The notes under the pieces are model-generated. The model saw nothing but the letters and a program-made list of their open reading frames with translations, was not told the DNA's origin and searched no databases. Source: a virus. Taken from it: a stretch of DNA of 36,439 nucleotides. The DNA lies in the IMG/VR virus record IMGVR_UViG_3300025082_000003; one strand, given 5' to 3'. Both the position numbers and the translations under genes were made by a program. Shown one piece after another: positions 1-8,515 of this stretch (its first letter is position 1; each line of letters begins with the position of its first letter).

Positions 1-20
1 AATAACAAACTTTGAGAATT

Positions 21-155
21 ATGGCCGAACAAATTAAACACGCAGAAACTAAAGTAGAATTTTTTAAAGATGCCTTTGCTGAAACGGGTGATAAGTATTA
101 TTACGAACAGGCTAACAACTGGATTAACCACATAGCTGATTTGAAGAATAACTAA
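21..155 (+). CDS. 44-aa small protein carried inside the 186-bp repeat (MAEQIKHAETKVEFFKDAFAETGDKYYYEQANNWINHIADLKNN)
   Basis: ATG..TAA ORF below the 60-aa track cutoff. An identical copy lies at 29578..29712(-). A hairpin follows it. No family recognised. Confidence 0.4.
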   Translation: MAEQIKHAETKVEFFKDAFAETGDKYYYEQANNWINHIADLKNN

Positions 156-161
156 TTCTCA

Positions 162-186
162 AAGCACCGAAGGTGAGTAGGTGCTT
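162..186 (+). terminator. Stem-loop closing the repeat unit (AAGCACC - 11 nt - GGTGCTT)
   Basis: 7-bp stem 162-168/180-186 starts 7 nt after the 44-aa ORF stop and has an A/T-rich tail. An alternative inner CACC/GGTG pairing is possible. Confidence 0.4.
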
Positions 187-207
187 AATTTAAACAGAGG
201 AATGATT

Positions 208-417
208 ATGAAACACTTTGAAAATTACGAAAGAATAATAGCACACTCTGAAAGGTCTGCTGGAAATGAATCAGTTGGTGAAATGTGGGTGGAAACTAAA
301 TCATTTGATAAAAGTATTCCCGTTTCAGAAATAATTGAGTGGGGAAAAAGAACGAGTGGCAAATTACATTTAACGATTGATGAAGGAACGGTAAAAGATG
401 AGCCGTTATCATTTTAA
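208..417 (+). CDS. Hypothetical protein (track ORF 181..417; ATG at 202 or 208 is the likelier start)
   Basis: Open frame in the co-oriented gene block, with AGAGGA just upstream of the ATGs. Confidence 0.6.
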   Translation: MKHFENYERIIAHSERSAGNESVGEMWVETKSFDKSIPVSEIIEWGKRTSGKLHLTIDEGTVKDEPLSF

Positions 418-495
418 TTGTATGCAACGATTACGTGTAAGAATAGTTGCCGAATAAGAACGAAATTTAATTAATATATCTAAAAATAAAACCCG

Positions 496-714
496 ATGAA
501 TAAAGACGAAAAAGAATTTATGAAAGTGTGGGAATACCTCACTACAACAGCAATGGAAAAAATGAACATTACCAGAAGAACTGCTGAATTAAGAATAAAC
601 GCAATTAGAAAAAGCGGAATATTAACTGAATTAGGCGACCCAGACGGACAGCCTTTTCAAATAGGAATTGATGTGGCAATGAGAATACCTCAATTAGGTG
701 AAAAAGAAGATTAG
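496..714 (+). CDS. Hypothetical protein
   Basis: 72-aa ORF with K/E-rich composition like its neighbours. Confidence 0.6.
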   Translation: MNKDEKEFMKVWEYLTTTAMEKMNITRRTAELRINAIRKSGILTELGDPDGQPFQIGIDVAMRIPQLGEKED

Positions 715-788
715 GGTTTTATTTTTCTTTGAGTTAAGAAACTACTTAAATTAAAATACACGAACCTAGGGCAATTATTTTTACACGG

Positions 789-851
789 TGTTGTAAACTG
801 GTTGCCATCTTCACAACATTTGCGCAAAGATTGGGCAACTTGTTTACAACA
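789..851. other. Long interrupted hairpin (21 bp in three stacked helices)
   Basis: Pairs are 789-798/842-851 (10 bp), 801-806/834-839 (6 bp) and 807-811/827-831 (5 bp), with a 15-nt loop. The base sequence GTGTTGTA...TACAACATAG is shared with the hairpin at 3565..3610. Confidence 0.6.
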
Positions 852-885
852 TAGGATAACATGAATAATACTAACAAGGTAGTAA

Positions 886-1101
886 ATGACTAAATACAAC
901 CACCTAAGAAATTTCTTAAACAATTCAGAGATTATAAAACCTAGTTCATTAGCTAGGGTTGTCGGATGGGATAAATCTCTTATGTCTAAATGGCTAAACG
1001 AGAAAGAGGGTAGGAATATCCCTGAAAGAGTATATCAAAAGATATTGAAAGAGTTGGAAAAGATTAAATATGAACCTATTGGAGAACGTGATGGAAATTG
1101 A
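886..1101 (+). CDS. Hypothetical protein, possible HTH
   Basis: 71-aa ORF. The segment SSLARVVGWDKSLMSKWLN looks helix-turn-helix-like. Confidence 0.55.
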   Translation: MTKYNHLRNFLNNSEIIKPSSLARVVGWDKSLMSKWLNEKEGRNIPERVYQKILKELEKIKYEPIGERDGN

Positions 1102-1306
1102 GAAGGGGTTTATCTTTTATCACAATCAAGGCGGTACAGGTTATAAAAGCTATGTAGTTGATATTATCAAAGATGGTGAAAAATCCTTAGTTATTTGGAA
1201 GTGGTACGGTAAACATAAGCAATGGTGGCATTACAAAATTGAGAATTTATGGGGTTTCGAACACGCTTTTGAACTCGGATCATACAAACAAGAAAATAAC
1301 TTTTAA
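1070..1306 (+). CDS. Hypothetical protein (in-frame ATG at 1091 would cut the overlap with the upstream gene to 11 nt)
   Basis: 78-aa ORF in the operon. Confidence 0.6.
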   Translation: MNLLENVMEIEKGFIFYHNQGGTGYKSYVVDIIKDGEKSLVIWKWYGKHKQWWHYKIENLWGFEHAFELGSYKQENNF

Positions 1307-1316
1307 CGGAGAATGA

Positions 1317-1646
1317 ATGAATAAGCCAGAGATAACAAAAGGAAATTGGAAATGGGGAATGACGGGAAAAACAAAAGATGGATTTGTTTGTGCCTTAAAT
1401 TCTGACTATACAATTTTTGACACGGTAAGTCCAAACCCTATAAGGGAGCCTGATAAAAAAGCCATATCTGCTGTACCTGAACTGATAGACGCTTTGATTG
1501 AGACTGATAAAGACCTTTGCGTATTAGAAACAACAATGAGACAAATAGAAAAATCAGATTCAAGAGCAGAAGGAATGGTTGAGTTAGTTATAGAGTGGAG
1601 AAAAAGAAATAAACAAGCACTATTAAAAGCAGGTTGCTATGAGTGA
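1317..1646 (+). CDS. Hypothetical protein
   Basis: 109-aa ORF that overlaps the next gene by 8 nt. Confidence 0.65.
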   Translation: MNKPEITKGNWKWGMTGKTKDGFVCALNSDYTIFDTVSPNPIREPDKKAISAVPELIDALIETDKDLCVLETTMRQIEKSDSRAEGMVELVIEWRKRNKQALLKAGCYE

Positions 1647-1842
1647 GATAATACAAACGTTAATATTGATAATATGCTTAATGCCTGTTTATTTAGGTCT
1701 TGTAATAACAACTGTTCTTCATTGGACTTTAACCGCTCCCTTGTTGCTTACGGTTAGCATGTTTATAAGAGAGGTTCCGTTTAAAATATTTATTGAAAGG
1801 AATGTAGATATAACTAAAAGTTTATGGAGTGATTGGAAATGA
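1639..1842 (+). CDS. Small membrane protein (two hydrophobic segments)
   Basis: Hydrophobic segments LILIICLMPVYLGLVITTVL and APLLLTVSMF. Confidence 0.55.
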   Translation: MSEIIQTLILIICLMPVYLGLVITTVLHWTLTAPLLLTVSMFIREVPFKIFIERNVDITKSLWSDWK

Positions 1843-2144
1843 CTAAGGTAGAAGAATTAAAGGAAAAGGCTGAATATTCCCTAGTAAGAGATAACGGAGA
1901 AAAACAAAATGGCTATCATTTTGAGAATCCTGAAAAGTTAAACGCCTTTGTGCAAGCAGTACGTGAGGAGGAGAGGGATAGTGGCAGACCTTCTGAATCA
2001 GACATACGAAAAGCATCAAATACTAAATGCAATTACTTGCCCGACTACGAAAACAGCCCTGTGTCAGATATAGAAAGAAGAGGTTTTGTTGCCGGGTGTG
2101 AGTGGGTTGTTAGTTTTTTAACCCAACCAACTAAGGAGAAGTGA
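1833..2144 (+). CDS. Hypothetical protein
   Basis: 103-aa ORF. Confidence 0.6.
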   Translation: MEMTKVEELKEKAEYSLVRDNGEKQNGYHFENPEKLNAFVQAVREEERDSGRPSESDIRKASNTKCNYLPDYENSPVSDIERRGFVAGCEWVVSFLTQPTKEK

Positions 2145-2266
2145 TGGAATCAATTATTGAAATGATGGGTAATCCATATTGCGACCATTTAATGTATATG
2201 GAATTATTAGAAAGAAGAGATGATATTGATGATAAGATTAACGAAATAGAGGCATCCAATGAATAA
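2144..2266 (+). CDS. Small hypothetical protein, 40 aa (not in track)
   Basis: ATG shares one base with the preceding TGA stop (GTGATG, A at 2144) and follows AGGAG. Its stop overlaps the next ATG. Sequence MESIIEMMGNPYCDHLMYMELLERRDDIDDKINEIEASNE. Confidence 0.4.
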   Translation: MESIIEMMGNPYCDHLMYMELLERRDDIDDKINEIEASNE

Positions 2267-2624
2267 CCAACTAGAAATAGTTTGGAAAAAATACCCTCAG
2301 CTTTTAATTGGCTTTGAATTTAAAATAGATCTTAAAAGCGGAACCATTATAAAGAAGCTAACAGGTATTCCGTATAAAGGCGCTTTATCCTTCGATTTAA
2401 TTTCAGGCGCTGTTAATGCAGAGCAATGCACCCTACTAACCCGAAGCATTGATAGCTTGACGGATGAGGAGCTTCTTGAAGCTGAATCTACATTCAATAT
2501 CCCAAGTTATAAATCTGTAACAAAGTGGTTGATGGATAACAAAGAAAGATTAGATGTATTTATTTGGCTTCTTTCAAAAGGAATATGGACAGGCTCTAAA
2601 GAAGGCGTGGAGGTAGTGGAGTGA
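2259..2624 (+). CDS. Hypothetical protein
   Basis: 121-aa ORF. Confidence 0.6.
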   Translation: MNNQLEIVWKKYPQLLIGFEFKIDLKSGTIIKKLTGIPYKGALSFDLISGAVNAEQCTLLTRSIDSLTDEELLEAESTFNIPSYKSVTKWLMDNKERLDVFIWLLSKGIWTGSKEGVEVVE

Positions 2625-2830
2625 GTGAGATAATAGAAAAACCAAATCAACTAGATAAAACAGAAACGATAAATATATGCTCTGATTATGATTTAGGGTG
2701 TCGAGAAGATGAGAAAACAGATATTAAAATCTGCGAGAGGTGCTTCTATGGTATTGGGTTTGAAGATTGTGATTCATGGAACGGTGCAGATGGATATTGT
2801 CCGATTTTAAGACTAACCCCTAACAAGTAG
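2621..2830 (+). CDS. Small Cys-rich protein
   Basis: Multiple Cys residues, including the CERC motif. Confidence 0.55.
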   Translation: MSEIIEKPNQLDKTETINICSDYDLGCREDEKTDIKICERCFYGIGFEDCDSWNGADGYCPILRLTPNK

Positions 2831-2834
2831 AGAG

Positions 2835-3029
2835 ATGGAAGAAATATATTATTGGATTGGATTAATCATTTTTTGGTCAATAGCAACTGGTGGCATTCTT
2901 ATAATTATTGGTTTTTTGTTTGCCCAAATACTAAATGAAGCAGGAAGGCAATTTAAGGAGTTTTGGATAATTGTTGATTTTGCAAAGCATAGAAAAGAGT
3001 TTAAAAAATGGATGGAGGAAAGAGAATGA
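2835..3029 (+). CDS. Small membrane protein
   Basis: Hydrophobic stretch IGLIIFWSIATGGILIIIGFLFAQIL. Confidence 0.55.
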   Translation: MEEIYYWIGLIIFWSIATGGILIIIGFLFAQILNEAGRQFKEFWIIVDFAKHRKEFKKWMEERE

Positions 3030-3283
3030 AACCAATACAAGTAACAATTCAAAAGCCTGAAGCCGAAGATTGGGATAAACCATATACATCAAGTCATAAG
3101 TTTGATTTGTATCATTGGAATGCTTACATGATTATTGAAGAGGTTTCAAAGAGTAATTTCAATGCTTCTTTAGTAATGATAGATAGACCTGAAGATGTTG
3201 AATTAGGGGATTTCAAAACCCTACCCGAAGCCCAAGAAGCCTGCTTCCAACACTACCTTAAAGAGATAGGAGAAGAGATATGA
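3026..3283 (+). CDS. Hypothetical protein (track start 3008; ATG 3026 gives an ATGA overlap with the upstream stop)
   Basis: ORF with ATGA coupling. Confidence 0.6.
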   Translation: MKPIQVTIQKPEAEDWDKPYTSSHKFDLYHWNAYMIIEEVSKSNFNASLVMIDRPEDVELGDFKTLPEAQEACFQHYLKEIGEEI

Positions 3284-3338
3284 ACGGATTTGGGTATGGC
3301 ATAGTAAGCCTACGGATTTGAAACTAAAAATTATAACA

Positions 3339-3542
3339 ATGGCAATAAAAGACAGAACAGCAAAAGTGCAAGCACTTAGGACAGCAACAGCAAGCCTTTA
3401 CGCATCTCTCTCAATAGATTGGGAAGATGCAGATATGGATGATGTAGAAAAAATAAACAAGCACTTAAAAAGGCTTGCGGAATCAATGTATAAAAGGGCA
3501 GTAAAAATGGGTGGAGACTTTAACCCTTACACGGGATTTTAG
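3339..3542 (+). CDS. Hypothetical protein (track start TTG 3318; first ATG at 3339)
   Basis: ORF that ends immediately before the nested hairpin. Confidence 0.5.
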   Translation: MAIKDRTAKVQALRTATASLYASLSIDWEDADMDDVEKINKHLKRLAESMYKRAVKMGGDFNPYTGF

Positions 3543-3564
3543 TAGGCTTATTTGCTATACCCTG

Positions 3565-3610
3565 TGTTGTATGGCGAGGTACGAGCGTACCGTTTTAATG
3601 GCATACAACA
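3565..3610 (+). terminator. Nested hairpin with a terminator-like inner stem
   Basis: Outer stem TGTTGTATG 3565-3573 pairs with CATACAACA 3602-3610. Inner stem GGTAC-GAGC-GTACC at 3578-3591 is followed by GTTTTA. Confidence 0.5.
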
Positions 3611-3658
3611 TAGTATATGCTCAATACGCATATTCCTAAATATTCAGAATAAGATGAA
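3607..3658 (+). repeat. 52-nt element, copy 1 (51/52 identical to the reverse complement of 26133..26184)
   Basis: Direct comparison finds a single mismatch, at 3636. It lies 108 nt upstream of the XhlA-like gene in sense orientation and contains the ATATGC-7 nt-GCATAT palindrome. Confidence 0.9.
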
Positions 3659-3765
3659 CAAACTAGGCTACACAACATTAATAATTGTACCTATGCTAAA
3701 AAAACATTAAATTCAAGTGGTATTTCTAAATAAATAATTTAACAAACCACTCATATCTTTATCTT

Positions 3766-4053
3766 ATGTCAGAAGGACAAACTTACACAGAGCACATAAA
3801 GCGGTTCGAAAGCACGTTGGATAAATTTGAAGGGGTTTTAGAAAGACAGGCAAAAGACCTGAGCGATATAAAACAAGCTTTACTTGGCTCAAAGTTTGGA
3901 GAGAACGGTATCGTTAAGCGTTTAGAGATAGCAGAGAACGAGGTAAGGGACTTGAAAGGATTTAAAGACCGTATTGTATGGATTACAATAGGAGTAGGAT
4001 CGGGAAGCGGTGCTGGAGTGTTTGCAATTTTAAAACTAATATTTAATATTTGA
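3766..4053 (+). CDS. XhlA-like lysis-associated membrane protein (coiled coil plus C-terminal TM)
   Basis: Architecture only: an N-terminal heptad-like region and a C-terminal IVWITIGVGSGSGAGVFAILKLIF segment, as in the Bacillus PBSX XhlA family. Confidence 0.45.
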   Translation: MSEGQTYTEHIKRFESTLDKFEGVLERQAKDLSDIKQALLGSKFGENGIVKRLEIAENEVRDLKGFKDRIVWITIGVGSGSGAGVFAILKLIFNI

Positions 4054-4055
4054 TT

Positions 4056-4361
4056 ATGGGAAAGCCTTTAAGAGAAACAGCGTTATTCAGAACGATAACA
4101 GGAAAGAACAAAACAGGGAAGTTTATACACTCGGTTATTGACGTGTCTCCTTTACCTAACTTTCACGAAGTATTCAAAGCAAGGCTAAAGGACAACCCTA
4201 ATCTAAGCCTTCCAGAGCTTGCCAAAGAGAGCTTCAAGAGCATAGACTGGTTTAGAACGATTGCAGGTGTTGCGGTTGTTATAGCGTACCTTAAGGGATG
4301 GGTTAGTGCTGAACAGTTAGGCGATATTAAAGACTTTATACTCCAACTATTGCCACAGTAA
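4056..4361 (+). CDS. Membrane protein, holin candidate (track start TTG 4050)
   Basis: One clear TM segment (TIAGVAVVIAYL), placed directly after the XhlA-like gene. The holin role is inference. Confidence 0.5.
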   Translation: MGKPLRETALFRTITGKNKTGKFIHSVIDVSPLPNFHEVFKARLKDNPNLSLPELAKESFKSIDWFRTIAGVAVVIAYLKGWVSAEQLGDIKDFILQLLPQ

Positions 4362-4412
4362 AACCGCCCTTTCAGATACCATGAATACAACATTACACAC
4401 GGTGGATACAGA

Positions 4413-4598
4413 ATGAGTTATTATGGAATTTGGTGCAATAAGCACGAAGTATTTATAATAGGTGATGATGATAGGGTTATTTACTACCCATTAATGGAAA
4501 TAGCTAAAATTCATGCGGATAATTTAAACTATATTAATAACACTGACACTTACACATCAAAAGAGTTTAAATGTATAAACAAAACACATCCTTCTTAA
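4413..4598 (+). CDS. Hypothetical protein
   Basis: 61-aa ORF. Confidence 0.5.
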   Translation: MSYYGIWCNKHEVFIIGDDDRVIYYPLMEIAKIHADNLNYINNTDTYTSKEFKCINKTHPS

Positions 4599-4600
4599 AC

Positions 4601-4717
4601 ATGGAAAGAATCATTCAGGGATTGTTAATAATGGCTGTGAGTGATTTAAAAGAAGAACCCGATTCTAAAAAGAAAGATAAAGCACTGTATAATTTAAGTA
4701 GGTTGATTAATGGCTAA
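4601..4717 (+). CDS. Small hypothetical protein, 38 aa (not in track)
   Basis: ATG sits 3 nt after the previous stop, and the stop overlaps the terS ATG. Confidence 0.35.
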   Translation: MERIIQGLLIMAVSDLKEEPDSKKKDKALYNLSRLING

Positions 4718-5111
4718 AGTAGGAAGACCTTTAAAGTATAAGACAGTTGAAAAGCTAGATTCAGCAATAGATGAATACTTTGAGGAATCCCTAAAAACTA
4801 AAGACAAAGATAACGGGGATAGGATATTTATTGACCCACCAACCATAACGGGATTAGCTTATCATTTAGGGTTTGCGAGCCGTCAGAGCATGTATGACTA
4901 CGAAGAAAGAGAAGAATTTTCTTACAGTATAAAAAGAGCGTGCCTTAGAATTGAAATAGCTCACGAACAAAACTTATTCAGCACAGGCGCAACAGGTTCT
5001 ATATTTTGGCTTAAAAACAGAGGTTGGAAAGATAAGGTAGAAACAGATCTTAATGTTAATCAACTTCCATCATTGCTAGTTGAAGTAGTAAAGCCTAATG
5101 AAAGTAAATGA
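4710..5111 (+). CDS. terS: Terminase small subunit
   Basis: GRPLKY N-terminus, PPTITGLAYHLGFASRQSMYDY HTH and the IFWLKNRGWKD motif typical of small terminases. It lies directly upstream of terL. Confidence 0.8.
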   Translation: MAKVGRPLKYKTVEKLDSAIDEYFEESLKTKDKDNGDRIFIDPPTITGLAYHLGFASRQSMYDYEEREEFSYSIKRACLRIEIAHEQNLFSTGATGSIFWLKNRGWKDKVETDLNVNQLPSLLVEVVKPNESK

Positions 5112-6294
5112 AACTCTATATAGTTCACTAAAGAAACCAAAACCTATCAATGTTCAGCAGGGTGGAACTTCAAGCGGTAAAACATACGGTATCTTACAAC
5201 ACTTACTAGAAGAGGGTGCAAGGAATAACAATGAGATTATTACCGTTTATGCTGAGGATATTCCAGCTTTAAAAGCAGGGGCTTACCGAGACACTCAGCA
5301 TATACTAGAATCCGAACCTGATTTAAGAAAGTGGTATCCATTAGAAAAAGGGTATTGGAATAAATCAGATAGGATATTTAAATGCAAGTCAGGATCAATC
5401 ATAGAATTTAATTCGTACAGCTCTGAATTAGATGCAAGGCAAGGTAAGAGAGATAGATCATTTGGTAATGAAGCGAATGCTATTCCTTACGGTATATTTG
5501 AGCAAATCAATTTGAGAACTAAAAAGCAATCTATTATTGACTTTAACCCTTCCGCTCGATTTTGGGCGCACGATAAGTTATTTGGATTGAGCGAGGTTGA
5601 GTGGAATGTAACCACCTTTAGAGATAATGCCTTCATAGATGAAAAAACGATTGCTAAGATATTAAGCTACGAACCAACTCCAGAGAACATAGAAAGAGGT
5701 ACGGCAAACGAGTATAGATGGAAAGTATACGGGCTTGGAGAGGTTGGAAGATTGGAAGGGTTGATATTCCCTGATTTTATAGTAGACTCTTATTACCCGA
5801 AAGAATACAAATGGCGAGTGTTTGGTATGGACTTTGGCTTTACAAACGATCCTACAACATTGGTTGAGATTAGATATGCACACGGCAACTTATACTGGAA
5901 GGAGCATATTTACGAGACAGGATTAACTAACCCTGATATTTGTGATAAGTTAGAGCGATTAGGAATGGATAAGAGAGATTTAATAATAGCCGATAGCGCA
6001 GAACCTAAGTCAATCACAGAGATAAAACGCAAAGGATGGAATATAAAGGGCGCTGTAAAAGGTAAGGATTCAATCAATCAAGGGGTTGATGCAATTAAGC
6101 GGTATAAATCGTATATTCATAGTGGAAGTAAAAACTTAATTGAAGAATTTAGCTCGTATATTTGGGATAAAGATAAAGATGGAAACCCGACAAACAAGCC
6201 TATTGACAAGTTTAATCATGGTATTGATGCAGGAAGGTATGGATTAAGCATGAAATTACTTCACTCAAAGAAACTACAAATATTTAGCGTATGA
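5098..6294 (+). CDS. terL: Terminase large subunit (PBSX/Terminase_3-like)
   Basis: Walker A motif GGTSSGKT, a C-terminal nuclease-type acidic motif (IIADSAEP) and the expected position. Confidence 0.9.
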   Translation: MKVNETLYSSLKKPKPINVQQGGTSSGKTYGILQHLLEEGARNNNEIITVYAEDIPALKAGAYRDTQHILESEPDLRKWYPLEKGYWNKSDRIFKCKSGSIIEFNSYSSELDARQGKRDRSFGNEANAIPYGIFEQINLRTKKQSIIDFNPSARFWAHDKLFGLSEVEWNVTTFRDNAFIDEKTIAKILSYEPTPENIERGTANEYRWKVYGLGEVGRLEGLIFPDFIVDSYYPKEYKWRVFGMDFGFTNDPTTLVEIRYAHGNLYWKEHIYETGLTNPDICDKLERLGMDKRDLIIADSAEPKSITEIKRKGWNIKGAVKGKDSINQGVDAIKRYKSYIHSGSKNLIEEFSSYIWDKDKDGNPTNKPIDKFNHGIDAGRYGLSMKLLHSKKLQIFSV

Positions 6295-7751
6295 GCCTTT
6301 TAAATAGAATATTCAAAACTTCAGGAACTAAAGACCTGTTAAAAAAGCAAGCCGAAATGAATAGGATTAATAGGCAAATATTTAGGTACATGTCAGGGAA
6401 TACCCCTGTATGGATAGATGATAATCCAGAGGCTTATATTGACGATGCGTTTTCATTTAACCCCGATGTATATTCGATTGTATCACAGATGACAAAGGCA
6501 GCAAGTGCCGTTCCGTTTGTTGTTAATGAAGTTGTAGATGAAAAGAAAGCCCAAAAATACGACAGGTTATTAAAAAGCCAGTCTTACAAATCAGGCACTA
6601 AGTGGATTAATCAGGCTAAGAAATTAAAAGAAGAAGCATTCGAAGAAGTAAGCCCTGATAATGATTTATATAAGCTACTAGAAAGACCTAACCCCTTGCA
6701 AGCGTTTCCTGAGTTTATAGAGAACTTACTAGGGTTTAAGTTTATAACAGGTAACACGTACGCTCACGGTGTAGAATTAACAGATGGTCGATTTGGTGAA
6801 ATGTGGGTTATGCCTGCTCAGTATGTTAGGATATTGGCAGGGGCTGATATTGAAGGTTTAATTAGTGGGTATAATTTAGACTACATAGGATATAAAGAGC
6901 CTATCCCTGCTGAGTCGGTAATGCACTTAAAATACTGGAACCCAGATTATAGCTATGCAGGTTCTCACTTGTATGGGATGAGTCCTTTGAAGGCGTTTAG
7001 GAGAGCGATAAAAAACAGCAACGATGGAAGTACAGCGTTAAGTAAAGCGTTTCAGAATATGGGAGCAAGCGGAATGGTGTTTCCTGATGATCCTGATGTT
7101 GGAGAATTAACAGAAGAACAACGATCACAGATTGAGCGATTCTTTAAGCAGAAGGGTGGCAATCCCGATAACTACAAGTCAGTTCTTGCTACTTCAGCCA
7201 AGTTCGGATATACAGCTTTTGGAATGTCGCCTGTTGATTTAGAGATACTTTCTTCTATGCGTGAATCGAGAAGAATTATATGTAATGCATACGGCTTCCC
7301 TTCTATACTGCTGAATGATAGCGAGAAAACAACATATAACAACATGCAGGAAGCCAGAAAACAACTGTATATGGATGTATTGATACCTGAGCTTGTTAGG
7401 ACGTATTCAGAGTTGAATAGATGGTTAACACAGCCGTACAAAGTTGATGGTGTTCAGAAGCCTGCTAGGTTTAACGATAAAAATTACCGTATTGATTTCG
7501 ATGTAAGCGGCATCGAAGCCCTTGCAGATGACATGAAGGCTAAAGCAGAATGGTTAAATACGGCTTGGTGGGTTACGCCTAATGAAAAGCGTTCTGAGAT
7601 GGACTTTGAAGCAGATGAAAATCCTTTGTTTGATGAGCCGTGGATTGGAATGAGCCAACTGCCATTGTCAATGATTACAGGCGCACCCGAAATGACAGAA
7701 GAAGAGAAAAGTGTTGCATTGTTGGAGTACGCTAAAAACGGCACTAACTAA
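6291..7751 (+). CDS. Portal protein
   Basis: 486 aa, directly after terL, with a portal-like composition and conserved central region. Confidence 0.85.
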   Translation: MSLLNRIFKTSGTKDLLKKQAEMNRINRQIFRYMSGNTPVWIDDNPEAYIDDAFSFNPDVYSIVSQMTKAASAVPFVVNEVVDEKKAQKYDRLLKSQSYKSGTKWINQAKKLKEEAFEEVSPDNDLYKLLERPNPLQAFPEFIENLLGFKFITGNTYAHGVELTDGRFGEMWVMPAQYVRILAGADIEGLISGYNLDYIGYKEPIPAESVMHLKYWNPDYSYAGSHLYGMSPLKAFRRAIKNSNDGSTALSKAFQNMGASGMVFPDDPDVGELTEEQRSQIERFFKQKGGNPDNYKSVLATSAKFGYTAFGMSPVDLEILSSMRESRRIICNAYGFPSILLNDSEKTTYNNMQEARKQLYMDVLIPELVRTYSELNRWLTQPYKVDGVQKPARFNDKNYRIDFDVSGIEALADDMKAKAEWLNTAWWVTPNEKRSEMDFEADENPLFDEPWIGMSQLPLSMITGAPEMTEEEKSVALLEYAKNGTN

Positions 7752-8515
7752 TGAATCCAATTTGTATAACGGAATCGCAGAAATCTGTCTATTTTAAAAC
7801 CTTTGATAGAAAGCGTTGGCAGTTCTTAAACGCTTATACAGAGGTATTCAAGAACGCACTTATTAAACAGATTGACCCTGTGTTAAAAGAGCTAGATAAA
7901 GGGATAAGCGAAGCACTTAATCAGGTTGATATTATAAGCCCTGAGCCCATACGTCAAGCGTACAATCGTTTATACTCACAGGTTGGTAGCTACTACGCTA
8001 CCAATGTTTTTAACGGTCTTAAATCGGGAGAATCGTTTCAGACCAAAAACCAAGATGATATATTTTTGCGGTTTATGCAAAGCTGGGTTGAACTAGAGGG
8101 TGCTGAATTAGTGGTTAACATAACAGCTAACACAAAGGCGTATCTAAAACGAATACTAGAAAAGGGGATAGAAGACAACTTAACTACTGAAGAAATAGCC
8201 CGAAACATGCGAAATAGTGGAAGAATAGCGGGCATAACAAGGGGTAGGGTAATAGCGAGAACCGAAATTATAAGAGCCTCAAATATAGGCAGTTTACAAG
8301 GTGCTAAATCATCTAACCTGAATTTAAGAAAAGAATGGTTGGCAACTAGAGACGACAGAACGAGAGTAGATCATGGTGTTTTAGATGGTCAGATAATAGA
8401 TATAGATAATGAGTTTAATGTTGGAGGTGAGACAGCTAGATACCCTGGAGATATTAAACTAAGTGCCTCACAGAGTATTCAATGCAGATGTACTCTAGCT
8501 TATGTGCCTGTATGA
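7751..8515 (+). CDS. Minor head morphogenesis protein (Mu F / SPP1 gp7-like)
   Basis: Motifs RVIARTEIIRASN and DDRTRVDH..LDGQ, and its position after the portal gene. Confidence 0.85.
   Translation: MNPICITESQKSVYFKTFDRKRWQFLNAYTEVFKNALIKQIDPVLKELDKGISEALNQVDIISPEPIRQAYNRLYSQVGSYYATNVFNGLKSGESFQTKNQDDIFLRFMQSWVELEGAELVVNITANTKAYLKRILEKGIEDNLTTEEIARNMRNSGRIAGITRGRVIARTEIIRASNIGSLQGAKSSNLNLRKEWLATRDDRTRVDHGVLDGQIIDIDNEFNVGGETARYPGDIKLSASQSIQCRCTLAYVPV

Larger units (their letters stand above)
1..186. repeat. 186-bp repeat, copy at window start (same as 36254..36439; exact reverse complement of 29547..29732)
   Basis: Block-by-block comparison gives 186/186 identity to the window end and 186/186 to the reverse complement of 29547..29732. 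Similarity stops abruptly at both edges. Confidence 0.95.

Noticed and set aside
711-923. 70-aa minus-strand ORF in the track
   Set aside because: It lies over the 63-nt palindromic hairpin in an intergenic gap of a plus-strand block. Its Cys-rich sequence is an artefact of the inverted repeat.
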